From the NCBI GenBank assembly GCA_964435035.1, contig CAYSXR010000004.1:676-64675 (forward strand): DNA of 64,000 bases. Reading direction: 5' to 3'. Shown piece after piece: positions 1 to 8,565 of the stretch. This stretch comes from an uncultured Gammaproteobacteria bacterium. Its GTDB lineage: Bacteria > Patescibacteriota > Patescibacteriia > Magasanikbacterales > UBA922. Made by a program: the position numbers and the translations under genes. Position 1 is the first letter of the stretch. Every line of letters begins with the position of its first letter. Under the pieces are notes generated by a model that was not told where the DNA came from, did not search any database, and saw only the letters and a program-made list of their open reading frames with translations.

Positions 1-23
1 TCGTCGCCGATCGGCTTCAGCTT

Positions 24-737
24 GTGCAGCTGATCGCACGGATCATGGTCGGCTATCACCTACATGCCGAGATGATTCTAGCAGGTAAGGCCTCAGTCAG
101 CTCTCGCCCGACGTCCCGCATGGTAGCGGCCGCAGTGCAGCAACTCGCGCCCCCCACATCTGACGGCCTTCGGTGGAGACGTGACGGTTGGGTCTTCCAA
201 ATGATCTCGTGGATTTCGGTGCGTGAAGGCTCACTGACGAGAATCCTCGCGGCCCCGCACATGCGGGAAGGTCGTCACGGTTTTGACGGTCTTTTCCTTG
301 AAGATGTCAACGGCACCGTCACGTTGACTGTTTGCGAGGACAAGGCAACGGACAATTCTCGAGCGACGGTTCAGCAGCAGGTATTTCCCGAATTCGCATC
401 GCTCGAAGCCGGGGAACGCGATGCAGAGCTGCAAGCAGAACTCACCGCTCTTCTTCGACAAACATCGCGTTCTTCAGATCAAATCGCTGCGGCTATTGAT
501 GCCGTGCAATGGGAACAGCAGCGAAGATTCCGAGCGACAGTTACCGCCGAGACCGCAGTAGCGAATCGGCCGGAGGCACTCTACAAGGACTATGACACCG
601 TCGTGATTGGGAGCGTTGAGCGTCGCTCCGGCAACATATTTGTCGAGGACGCGTTGCGACCATGGATGGATAGCTTGTGCGCGGACATTACCGCTGAACT
701 ACAGCGACTACCCGTTCGACCTACAAAGACAACGTAG
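24..737 (+). CDS. Hypothetical protein, 5'-truncated by the window edge; candidate PD-(D/E)xK-like nuclease (possible HamA/DUF1837-like partner of the downstream helicase)
   Basis: High-GC ORF in frame from position 3 with no upstream stop (GTG at 24 is only the first possible start). Contains FDGLFLED...TLTVCEDK, which fits a D...(D/E)xK restriction-endonuclease-like motif. Its stop lies 3 nt before the helicase ATG, suggesting translational coupling. Confidence 0.45.
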   Translation: MQLIARIMVGYHLHAEMILAGKASVSSRPTSRMVAAAVQQLAPPTSDGLRWRRDGWVFQMISWISVREGSLTRILAAPHMREGRHGFDGLFLEDVNGTVTLTVCEDKATDNSRATVQQQVFPEFASLEAGERDAELQAELTALLRQTSRSSDQIAAAIDAVQWEQQRRFRATVTAETAVANRPEALYKDYDTVVIGSVERRSGNIFVEDALRPWMDSLCADITAELQRLPVRPTKTT

Positions 738-740
738 AGT

Positions 741-3700
741 ATGTACGACCCTATTACCCGCGCTCTCATTGCCTCAGCTCCACCCCTCAAAGGGCTTGAA
801 CGAGCGCGCTTGCCCGAGGAATTAGCTCAGGCATACGCGACACTTGTGTCCGCGCGACTTCGCCTTCAGGAAGTACCCGACGATCCCGAGTGGCCTAAGG
901 AGATTGCCCGGGTCCGCCGCTTGGCCAACACCTACGAAACTTACGCGGCGGCGCTTGCCGAGCGAGACGATCAGGAAGCCGCCGCGTTTGTCGCTGCGAC
1001 GGCTCACGGCATCGTTCAGCGTGCCGTCTCGCTCCGTGATCCATCGACTGCAGCAACGGTGCTGGCGAGCAATTTCATCTCGCCAGACATCTCGGCATGC
1101 CTTCTTTTCCTTGCGGCGGGCTATTTTGCTGACGCGCTGGAGGTCGCACGGAGATTCCAGATCCCCAAAGAGGCACGCGAAGTGGACGTGGTGGGCCTGC
1201 AACGTATGATCCAGCATCTCGTTGCGGGTCGTCTTGGTGCAGCCATCAATGCCCGCAGAGAGATGTCCACGGACCGTGCGCAGCGTGATGTTGTTGCACG
1301 GCTGTACCTCGACATTGCAGATGCGGTCGAAGTCCTATGTACTGAGATCCGAGACGGAACGACGCTCGACTCGGTCGCTCGACTGCGCTCAGCTCAGCAG
1401 CGCGCAACGCTTCCGATTCTCGTAGCGGGGCGCGTGCCTGCGACGGTGGCTACTCTAGCGGGACCGCACCATCTTGCGACGCTACTTCTCCAAGCCGCGC
1501 CTTCACTGTTGCGGCGACGTATGTCGATCATCCCAGCGCCACTCGGCACAGGCGCGTCATGGGAGAACTTCAAGGCAAATCTCTCCCATCTGCGCCCGTT
1601 TTTGTGGAGAAGTCACGAGAATGCGGTGGAGTCCGGGTTTCTGAACCCGGGAACATCGGCAGTGCTCAGCTTTCCGACCGGGTCTGGTAAGTCGACGATG
1701 GCGGAGCTCAAGGTCGCGAGCACGCTGTCAACCGACAAGCATATTCTCTACCTCGTGCCGACGCATGCCTTAGTGTCGCAGGTCACGGCAGACCTAAAGC
1801 GCGCGTTCCCCGACACGGGCGTGGCCGACTCCATAGTCTTTGAGGCAGACTACACCGAAGTCGAGGAGCAGCAGGCACAGATTGCCGTCATGACGCCGGA
1901 ACGTGCCTTGACCATCCTGAGTAGCGACCCCGCCACGTTCGACGGAGTCGGCCTCATTGTCATGGACGAGTGTCACCTGTTGCATCCGGGCGAAGAAGAT
2001 CGGCTTCGCCGCAACATCGATGCAATGTTCTGCTTGCTGTCATCGACGGCACACTGCCCGGATGCGGACGTTCTCTTGATGTCCGCAATGATGCAGAACC
2101 ATATGGAACTCGCTGCGTGGCTTGCAGATCTCACCGGCCGTCCATGTCTCGGGCTCAGCACTGATTGGAAGCCAACTCGCCAGATGCGTGGCTGCGTGGT
2201 TTTTGGCTCGGAGGAAGTCGAGGCACTTAACGCTCTGATTGCCCGTGCAAAAGCCGTCAAGACTACGAAAGGACCGCCGGCGGGCTTAGTTCGGTCCCTG
2301 ACCGCTCAGCCTCAGGCCCTATTCGGGCTCAAACAGACATGGTCCCGTGACGCGCTGGACTTCAAGCTCTTACCGTTGCTCAATCGGAAGCTGCAACTGA
2401 AGGCCAACAAGGACTGGTGGCTCACCCCAAATCGGAATGAGGTGTCAGCCGAGCTTGCCACTGAATTTGCAGACCGAGGTCTGCCTGTACTCGTCTTCGC
2501 CGAATCCCCGCGCCTCGCCGATTCTCTTGCAGATGCGATCGCCGAGAAGCGAAACGGAACCGTCGCGCTTCTTGGTGATGAGACTCGTCTCCGTGAGATT
2601 GCAGTTGATGAACTCGGGTCAGACGCTGACCTTCGGGGCCTGACCAACGGATTGGCCGCGTCGCACCACGGGTTGCTGCTGCCAACTGAACGGCGCCTCG
2701 TAGAGAGCGTCTACAAGCGCGGAGATCAGACCATCGCGCTCGTTGGAACCCCAACGCTCGCGCAAGGTGTCAATTTGCCAGCGGAGGTTGTCATTGTGTC
2801 GGGTGACGACCGCTACAACCCGGTAACGAAGAAGTCAACGCCGCTAAACGCCGAGGAACTCCTCAATGCGGTAGCACGAGCGGGGCGACCTGGCTTCGCA
2901 TCCGTTGGAATCGTCCTGGTTGTTCCTGGACGCGTGGTGAGTGTCGACTGGTCGGCAACCACCGTAGGAAAGCGGTGGCTCGACTTGCAGAAGGATGTGT
3001 TCTCAAAGCTCGATCAGTGTCTTGTCATTGATGACCCACTCGAACGAATGCTTGACCTCGTCCAGACCACGCCCAACGCCACAGATGCGCGGTACTTTCT
3101 TAATCGTCTTCCAACTGATGGTTCAACAGTAAAGCAGTTCTTGGCGCGAAGCTTCGGTGCATATCGAGCGAGTCAGGCGATGCAACGCGAGGCCTTCGAC
3201 CGGAAAGCGTTCCATGTTGCGGCGCTCCGAGAAGCTGCTAGCCCAGAGGATGAGTGGGTCGACGCGATCGCGGTGACGTCTGGTGTTGATATTGAGTTTG
3301 CGCGCTCTCTGGCAAGTCAGTTCGAGGACAATCCAGGGTATTGGGACTGCACGACGGTGCAAGAGCTATGTGGGCGGTTCTTTCAATGGCTCCGAGAAGA
3401 CTCAGTCCGAGGACATGCACTGTTCCGAGGTTCTGTCTCGAAAAGCTCTCTGGGCCCGGAAGATATGGAAGACTTGGTCGAAATGTGGATCGGTGGGTCT
3501 ACACTGCGAGAGTTGGAGAGTCGTCTAAGCGACAAAGTCGTTGATGGATGCTGGAAGGCTAGAGAGTTTGTGCTCCGTCGAGTGCCGGATATTTCCTACG
3601 GGCTTGGCGTGGTTGCTCACGCCTACCGCCTGAAGGTAGGCGAAGGGGGCGACATGCCGACCGTTCTGGCTTGTGGGGCCGAGTGTCTCAAGAGGGGGTT

Positions 3701-3863
3701 TTCGTCTCCTGAACAGCTGGCTGTCGCCTATTCTGTTTCTGAAGATCACTCCAGACGTGAGTACGCAGAGATCCTTTCGCGGCTTGAACTTGAACCCGGA
3801 GAGGATCGGGAACCCTTTTCGAAGACGCTGTCTCGTGTACGGAGTGCGCTATCCAACGACTAG
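741..3863 (+). CDS. Superfamily-2 DExH-box helicase, 1040 aa, with a roughly 300-aa N-terminal domain and a roughly 400-aa C-terminal extension; candidate defence helicase (Hachiman HamB-like)
   Basis: Walker A FPTGSGKST, motif Ia YLVPTHALVSQ, motif II VMDECH, SAM(M) motif III-like, motif VI ARAGRPG. High GC. Immediately follows a nuclease-like ORF. Confidence 0.7.
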   Translation: MYDPITRALIASAPPLKGLERARLPEELAQAYATLVSARLRLQEVPDDPEWPKEIARVRRLANTYETYAAALAERDDQEAAAFVAATAHGIVQRAVSLRDPSTAATVLASNFISPDISACLLFLAAGYFADALEVARRFQIPKEAREVDVVGLQRMIQHLVAGRLGAAINARREMSTDRAQRDVVARLYLDIADAVEVLCTEIRDGTTLDSVARLRSAQQRATLPILVAGRVPATVATLAGPHHLATLLLQAAPSLLRRRMSIIPAPLGTGASWENFKANLSHLRPFLWRSHENAVESGFLNPGTSAVLSFPTGSGKSTMAELKVASTLSTDKHILYLVPTHALVSQVTADLKRAFPDTGVADSIVFEADYTEVEEQQAQIAVMTPERALTILSSDPATFDGVGLIVMDECHLLHPGEEDRLRRNIDAMFCLLSSTAHCPDADVLLMSAMMQNHMELAAWLADLTGRPCLGLSTDWKPTRQMRGCVVFGSEEVEALNALIARAKAVKTTKGPPAGLVRSLTAQPQALFGLKQTWSRDALDFKLLPLLNRKLQLKANKDWWLTPNRNEVSAELATEFADRGLPVLVFAESPRLADSLADAIAEKRNGTVALLGDETRLREIAVDELGSDADLRGLTNGLAASHHGLLLPTERRLVESVYKRGDQTIALVGTPTLAQGVNLPAEVVIVSGDDRYNPVTKKSTPLNAEELLNAVARAGRPGFASVGIVLVVPGRVVSVDWSATTVGKRWLDLQKDVFSKLDQCLVIDDPLERMLDLVQTTPNATDARYFLNRLPTDGSTVKQFLARSFGAYRASQAMQREAFDRKAFHVAALREAASPEDEWVDAIAVTSGVDIEFARSLASQFEDNPGYWDCTTVQELCGRFFQWLREDSVRGHALFRGSVSKSSLGPEDMEDLVEMWIGGSTLRELESRLSDKVVDGCWKAREFVLRRVPDISYGLGVVAHAYRLKVGEGGDMPTVLACGAECLKRGFSSPEQLAVAYSVSEDHSRREYAEILSRLELEPGEDREPFSKTLSRVRSALSND

Positions 3864-3931
3864 AGCGCCAATCAGCTCGATCGGCCATGTTCAAGCGTCC
3901 ATGCGAAGATCCGGTGCACCGTCTCTAGTCG

Positions 3932-3960
3932 GATGACTCTCAGTTGAGAGTCATCTATTT
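3932..3960 (+). terminator. Rho-independent terminator after the helicase gene
   Basis: Perfect inverted repeat GATGACTCTCA-gt-TGAGAGTCATC followed by TATTT. Confidence 0.6.
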
Positions 3961-4098
3961 AGGTTGCTGAGCGCCGCGTGACGGCGCGCGTCGAGGTGAA
4001 CGGAATCAGGACCTCTGATACACTAATCATCATTGATCGTCCGAATCAGCCTTTCGACCCATTCAAGCGTTCGAGAACCCGTCCTGGCGACTCTACAG

Positions 4099-4132
4099 AA
4101 GCACTGCTCTACCAAGAGTGGTGCTTTTATTT
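4099..4132 (+). terminator. Hairpin plus T-tract at the high-GC/low-GC junction
   Basis: AAGCAC-N16-GTGCTT followed by TTATTTG. Marks the end of the GC-rich segment. Confidence 0.4.
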
Positions 4133-4178
4133 GCAAAGAGTGCTCCTTTTTGAAGTTGGAATTTAAGGAAAATATCCA

Positions 4179-4207
4179 CTTGACACTTCCGTCTATATTT
4201 GGTATCC
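4179..4207 (+). promoter_or_regulatory. Sigma70-like promoter for rplJL
   Basis: TTGACA, a 17-nt spacer, then TATCCT. Followed by a roughly 140-nt leader before rplJ. Confidence 0.45.
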
Positions 4208-4348
4208 TCTTATCACCATAGACAGTAGCTTCTCGAGAAATATCGAGATTAAATACGCTACCGAGGTAAACCAGTTCCGAATTAGTCGGGACAAAGGTCG
4301 AATTACCGTGTAGTCTGTGGTTCACAAAACCACATTTTTTATTTGTTT

Positions 4349-4870
4349 ATGCCAAAAACTAGAGCACAAAAAGAAGTAGCAATGCAAGCATTGGTTGATA
4401 CCCTCAAGCAGTCGAAGTCTGTTGTGTTCGCCAACTTTCAAGGTTTGAAAGTTTCTGAATCAGAAGAGCTTCGCAGACTTTGTCGCAAAGAAGGTGTTGA
4501 ATACCTTGCTGCAAAGAAGACTTTGGTTGCACGTGCACTCAAAGATGCAGGAATCGAAGGAAATCCAAAATCTTTTGAAGGCGCTGTTTCTGTTGTATTT
4601 GGGATCGAGGATGAGGTTGCTCCCGCTCAGATTCTTGCAAAATTCGCGAAAACACATGAAGCTGTAAAGCTTTTTGGTGGTATTCTCGAAGGTTCATTTA
4701 TTGATAGTACAAAAGTGACTGAACTTTCAAAACTTCCAAGTAAACAGCAGCTTCTCGGTCAATTGGTGGGCACACTTAACGCTCCAATATCTGGATTTGT
4801 TAATGTGCTTGCTGGAAATCTCCGAGGACTGGTTACCGTACTTGGTGCGATTAAAGATGCAAAAGTTTAA
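4349..4870 (+). CDS. rplJ: 50S ribosomal protein L10
   Basis: MPKTRAQKE... L10 family sequence; ATG at 4349 preferred over the TTG at 4343; followed by rplL. Confidence 0.9.
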   Translation: MPKTRAQKEVAMQALVDTLKQSKSVVFANFQGLKVSESEELRRLCRKEGVEYLAAKKTLVARALKDAGIEGNPKSFEGAVSVVFGIEDEVAPAQILAKFAKTHEAVKLFGGILEGSFIDSTKVTELSKLPSKQQLLGQLVGTLNAPISGFVNVLAGNLRGLVTVLGAIKDAKV

Positions 4871-4894
4871 TACTAGTTATTAATTAATGTATAT

Positions 4895-5299
4895 ATGTCA
4901 GAAGAAAAAACAGTTGTAGAAGTACCAGCAAAATTTCAGTCTCTCGTAAGTGAGGTTGAAAAAATGTCTGTACTTGATCTCGCTGAACTCGTAAAAGTTC
5001 TCGAGGAAAAATTTGGAGTTTCAGCAGCAGCTCCAGCAATGATGATGGCAGCTCCAGCCGCAGGCGGGGCAGCAGCTGCAGAAGAAAAGACCGACTTCAA
5101 TGTTGAACTTACTGAAGCAGGTGGAAACAAGATTGCTGTAATCAAAGTAGTAAAAGAAATTACTGGTCTTGGACTCGCTGAAGCAAAAGGACTCGTTGAT
5201 GGCGCTCCAAAGGTTATTAAAGAAAAAGTTGCAAAAGCAGATGCTGAAGAAATGAAAAAGAAAATCGAAGAAGCTGGTGGAAAAGTTACCTTAAAATAA
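4895..5299 (+). CDS. rplL: 50S ribosomal protein L7/L12
   Basis: Ala-rich hinge [22 protein letters not shown] and C-terminal domain [20 protein letters not shown]...KIEEAGGKV. Confidence 0.95.
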   Translation: MSEEKTVVEVPAKFQSLVSEVEKMSVLDLAELVKVLEEKFGVSAAAPAMMMAAPAAGGAAAAEEKTDFNVELTEAGGNKIAVIKVVKEITGLGLAEAKGLVDGAPKVIKEKVAKADAEEMKKKIEEAGGKVTLK

Positions 5300-5316
5300 G
5301 CGCCTGTTACTTCATT

Positions 5317-5347
5317 AAAAAATCCTCTGTAAATCAGAGGATTTTTT
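5317..5347 (+). terminator. Rho-independent terminator after rplL
   Basis: AAAAATCCTCTG-taaat-CAGAGGATTTTTT. Confidence 0.8.
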
Positions 5348-5362
5348 AATTTTCTAATGTTT

Positions 5363-5457
5363 AAATTATTCTAATTATACTAATTGACCTAAGTGCTTTA
5401 AAATTTATTTTGATTTTTTTTAGAATAATTAGAGTAATTAGAACAATTAGGTTAATT
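5363..5457. repeat. Family A intergenic iteron palindrome, copy A1
   Basis: Left arm of three 9-mers (AATTATTCT, AATTATACT, AATTGACCT), a spacer, then right arm AGAATAATT, AGAGTAATT, AGAACAATT, AGGTTAATT, which are reverse-complement 9-mers. Lies between the convergent rplL and the membrane protein gene. Confidence 0.7.
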
Positions 5458-7715
5458 TATAATTTAAACTTGTATACCACTGTCCCATCCAACACATACG
5501 CTTCTTTTTCATCTGCACTAATCGTTAGTCCAGTTGGATTGGTCCATTGGTCTGCGGTAAATTGTTTTTTGAAAGTACCTTCTTTATCGAGCATAATTAT
5601 TCGTTTTCGTGAAGGCTCGAGTATATATAGATTTCCAAATTCACTATTTGTTTCGATTAGAGTAGGAGATTCAAGTATTGGATCAAGACCTGAAATTTCA
5701 AATGGCTGTTCCTCTCCTGCAGTGAATTTAATAATTTCTCCTTTTGATGTTGCTACAAAGATATCTCCATCAATTCCAAATGCTGTGCTATTTTTGAGTG
5801 CATTTTGTGTATGGGGCGCCTGTACCCATGTAGTACCATTGTCATATCCAATTTGTGTTGGATTGTGTCGATATAGAGTACCGTTTCCTGTATCCAGTGC
5901 GTAGAGACGTCCATTGTAGAGTGCAATGTCTTTCAGTACTACTGATTGATTTGGGTAGCCGATTGTTTTTGAGATAATACTATCTGAGATGTTGTCGTAT
6001 GCTACAATTGTGTTCGTTCCTGAGATAAATACCACTTGTGAATTATCTTTTGCTGTATATCCTTGTGTGAGCTGGCGTGTAGTCTCAGCATTTTTGGTTT
6101 CTACTGTTCCGGTTAGTGTGGATATGAAATATAATGAAGAATCAGTAATTCCTGTAGCGATTAATTTGTCACCGACTAGTACTAACGAATCAGGTCTTGC
6201 GTTGGTTATCGTATCTTTAATGTCAGCTATCTTTTCAGGTGTGATTGTGGTAATTTTTTGTACCCTAATCAGGAGTTTTGCAAGCTCTGATTTGATTTTA
6301 TCAGCGTGCGATTGTTTTTCTGGAGTTTCGTGTGTGAGTGAATTGAGTAGGTTTTCAGCATCACGTAGAGACTCAAGTGCTTTGGTATTTTCTCCGTAGA
6401 GAAGATAGGACTCAACTTCTTTTTGTTTTTCATCCACCTGCACCATTTCTGCTTGGTACGTTTCTTCTGCAATAATTTCTTTTTGTTTTGCTTTCATGTA
6501 CATGACGCTACCAATAAGTACTGCAATTCCTACGATTAGAGTGAGGAGTAATATTTTTCCAAACATTCCGAGACTAGTAATTCGGTCTACTATTCTTGTG
6601 ATTGATGTCTTGTATTGTTCGATCAAAATTTTTCTGCTTCCATTATAATTACTGATGAGCGACCATAGTATGGTGATGAATTTTCCGAGTGCAAATACCA
6701 CAGTCTTTAATACATAAAAGAGTGCTCGAACAATCCATACGAGCGATTTTCCAAGCATGATTAAAATGGTATTTGCTCCGTCTTCGACTACTCCCTCATC
6801 CCTTTTTCTTTTTTTATAGCGTCCTTGTTTGGTTTCTCTGATAGTCGAAGGTCGGTCGGGAGTATCTTCGGTGTTTCGTTTCATACTACCGGTGATAGAC
6901 TTGGCAAGGTGTGAAAAAACTTTTGGTGATAAGGTTTCTTCAGTTGAGCGTGTGGTGTCGATTAATTTATCCATTGATTCTTCTGAGCCAATAATTGGCC
7001 GATAGAGGTTTTTTTCTACACGTACAGGCTCAATCATCTCTGTCCCGGTGAGGACTAGTCCACCAAATGAGTATTCAGAGGAAATTGCTTCAAGTGTTTT
7101 TTGTACTTGATGAGCGGATTGTTTTGCGGGTTTTCCGATAATCATTTTGGCAATCCGATCGCATGAGAAATATTTGATGATATGTGGTGTTGAAATATAT
7201 ACTGCTTCATCAGTCGTAAAATTTCCTTCAATAACTGAAGAAAAGAAAATATGCTCCGGATATACCACTTCATCGACAATACGAGTGAATGAAGGTCCTT
7301 CAGGGGTGGAATACGCTAGAAGTGCAAGAATATCCCCTCGATATGCAAATGAAAGTTTGTTGCCCGTAATCACTCCAACTGCGATATGGATCTTTCTTTC
7401 TTCGTCTTCAAGCAGTACCTTTGCTCGGCGATTGAGTTTTTCGATAACTGATTCAAAGTGCTTTACTTCAGGATTCTCAGCATTTTTTGTTTCGCCATCA
7501 TAATCGCTATAGTATAGTGCCTCTCCATCGGTTATCAATTCTTCAATTATGCCTAATATTTTTCCTTCAGGATGATCAATTTCTGCGAGCACAAAAAAAT
7601 ATCCCTGATTTTCTCCGTCTGGTTTGCCAGGGGAAGCGATGTGGAGGAGTACGTGGGAAAGGTGACTATTTTTTCCTTCGACAAAAAATTCGTATACTTC
7701 ACTTTTTATAGGCAT
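5457..7715 (-). CDS. Hypothetical membrane protein with an N-terminal cytoplasmic domain, central TM helices and a C-terminal beta-propeller-like repeat domain
   Basis: Long ORF with hydrophobic segments ILIMLGKSLVWIVRALFYVL and LLTLIVGIAVLIGSV. C-terminal YVTN/NHL-like repeats (GNGTLY, GDIFVAT). The ORF track start is TTG at 7769; ATG at 7715 (MPIKSEVYEF) is preferred because a promoter lies between the two. Confidence 0.55.
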   Translation of the reverse strand: MPIKSEVYEFFVEGKNSHLSHVLLHIASPGKPDGENQGYFFVLAEIDHPEGKILGIIEELITDGEALYYSDYDGETKNAENPEVKHFESVIEKLNRRAKVLLEDEERKIHIAVGVITGNKLSFAYRGDILALLAYSTPEGPSFTRIVDEVVYPEHIFFSSVIEGNFTTDEAVYISTPHIIKYFSCDRIAKMIIGKPAKQSAHQVQKTLEAISSEYSFGGLVLTGTEMIEPVRVEKNLYRPIIGSEESMDKLIDTTRSTEETLSPKVFSHLAKSITGSMKRNTEDTPDRPSTIRETKQGRYKKRKRDEGVVEDGANTILIMLGKSLVWIVRALFYVLKTVVFALGKFITILWSLISNYNGSRKILIEQYKTSITRIVDRITSLGMFGKILLLTLIVGIAVLIGSVMYMKAKQKEIIAEETYQAEMVQVDEKQKEVESYLLYGENTKALESLRDAENLLNSLTHETPEKQSHADKIKSELAKLLIRVQKITTITPEKIADIKDTITNARPDSLVLVGDKLIATGITDSSLYFISTLTGTVETKNAETTRQLTQGYTAKDNSQVVFISGTNTIVAYDNISDSIISKTIGYPNQSVVLKDIALYNGRLYALDTGNGTLYRHNPTQIGYDNGTTWVQAPHTQNALKNSTAFGIDGDIFVATSKGEIIKFTAGEEQPFEISGLDPILESPTLIETNSEFGNLYILEPSRKRIIMLDKEGTFKKQFTADQWTNPTGLTISADEKEAYVLDGTVVYKFKL

Positions 7716-7720
7716 AGCTT

Positions 7721-7749
7721 TTGACACGATAATACCTACATAGTATACT
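7721..7749 (+). promoter_or_regulatory. Bidirectional promoter region with a shared palindromic -10
   Basis: + strand: TTGACA, 17 nt, TATACT. - strand: TTGCGA, 16 nt, TATACT. Both use the palindrome AGTATACT at 7742-7749. Confidence 0.5.
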
Positions 7750-7814
7750 ACAGACTGTCTATTTCGCAATAACGTATCCCTTTATTTTGCTTATATACAG
7801 ACGTTTTCAATTGT

Positions 7815-8414
7815 ATGCTCGAACACTTATTTGGCTCAAAGACAAGGGTCAAAACTCTTAAATTATTATACCGAAGGCCTGATCGACCTTTTTTTGTTCG
7901 TGAACTTTCTCGTGAAATTGGCGTACAGATCAATGCGGTACGTAGAGAATTAGAGCTTTTACTTAGGCTTGGGATTATTTTGGAGAAAACAGATACTAAG
8001 CCTGCTGATGTGGAGAAGGCAGGGGTTACGCTCCGTAAATATTATCAACTGAATCCTGAATCATTATTGTATGCAGAATTGCAGGCCCTTCTTATTAAAG
8101 AAACAGTTATTGAACAAAAACAGTTTATTGATGACCTTAGTACAAAAATTGGGGATATTAAATTACTTATTTTGACTGGTGCCTTTACTCATGATATCAA
8201 GGTGGAGACGGATTTACTTATTATTGGTACTGTAAAGCTTCGAGCTCTTACAAAACTTATTGAACATTATCAGCATGAGATGGGATTTGATATCCGCTAT
8301 ACGATTATGACTGAAGATGAATTTATTGATCGCAGATATGTGATGGATAAATTTTTATTTTCAATTTTTGAAGCAGAACATGTCAAAGTTATTGATCAGA
8401 TAACACAGAATTAG
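7815..8414 (+). CDS. Winged-helix DNA-binding protein (putative transcriptional regulator)
   Basis: N-terminal KTRVKTLKLL...FVRELSREIGVQINAVRRELELL is an ArsR/wHTH-like recognition helix. C-terminal domain unknown. Confidence 0.5.
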   Translation: MLEHLFGSKTRVKTLKLLYRRPDRPFFVRELSREIGVQINAVRRELELLLRLGIILEKTDTKPADVEKAGVTLRKYYQLNPESLLYAELQALLIKETVIEQKQFIDDLSTKIGDIKLLILTGAFTHDIKVETDLLIIGTVKLRALTKLIEHYQHEMGFDIRYTIMTEDEFIDRRYVMDKFLFSIFEAEHVKVIDQITQN

Positions 8415-8445
8415 GATCGCTAGGGTTGATAAACTATAGAACTTC

Positions 8446-8554
8446 AAAATTATTCTAATTGTACTAATTGACCTAATTATTCTAATAAGAATTAGAAAGT
8501 GGCAGGGTTTTTAATCTGGGATTTTTAGAATAATTAGGGTAATTAGAATAATTG
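8446..8554. repeat. Family A iteron palindrome, copy A2
   Basis: Four left 9-mers (AATTATTCT, AATTGTACT, AATTGACCT, AATTATTCT), a 40-nt spacer, then right arm AGAATAATT, AGGGTAATT, AGAATAATT, ending 12 nt before the ATG at 8566. Confidence 0.7.
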
Positions 8555-8565
8555 TATTTTTGATT

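Noticed and set aside
822-3749. Numerous 60-130-aa ORFs on both strands overlapping the helicase gene (e.g. 822..1217 -, 844..1209 +, 2312..2647 -, 2422..2754 -)
   Set aside because: High GC suppresses stop codons in all frames. These lie entirely within a 1040-aa gene that has a full helicase motif set, and have no start/RBS context or recognisable motifs.
5410-5904. ORF 5410..5904 (+) overlapping the minus-strand membrane protein gene and the Family A repeat
   Set aside because: Begins inside the intergenic repeat and runs antisense to a long, well-supported gene. The translation is low complexity.
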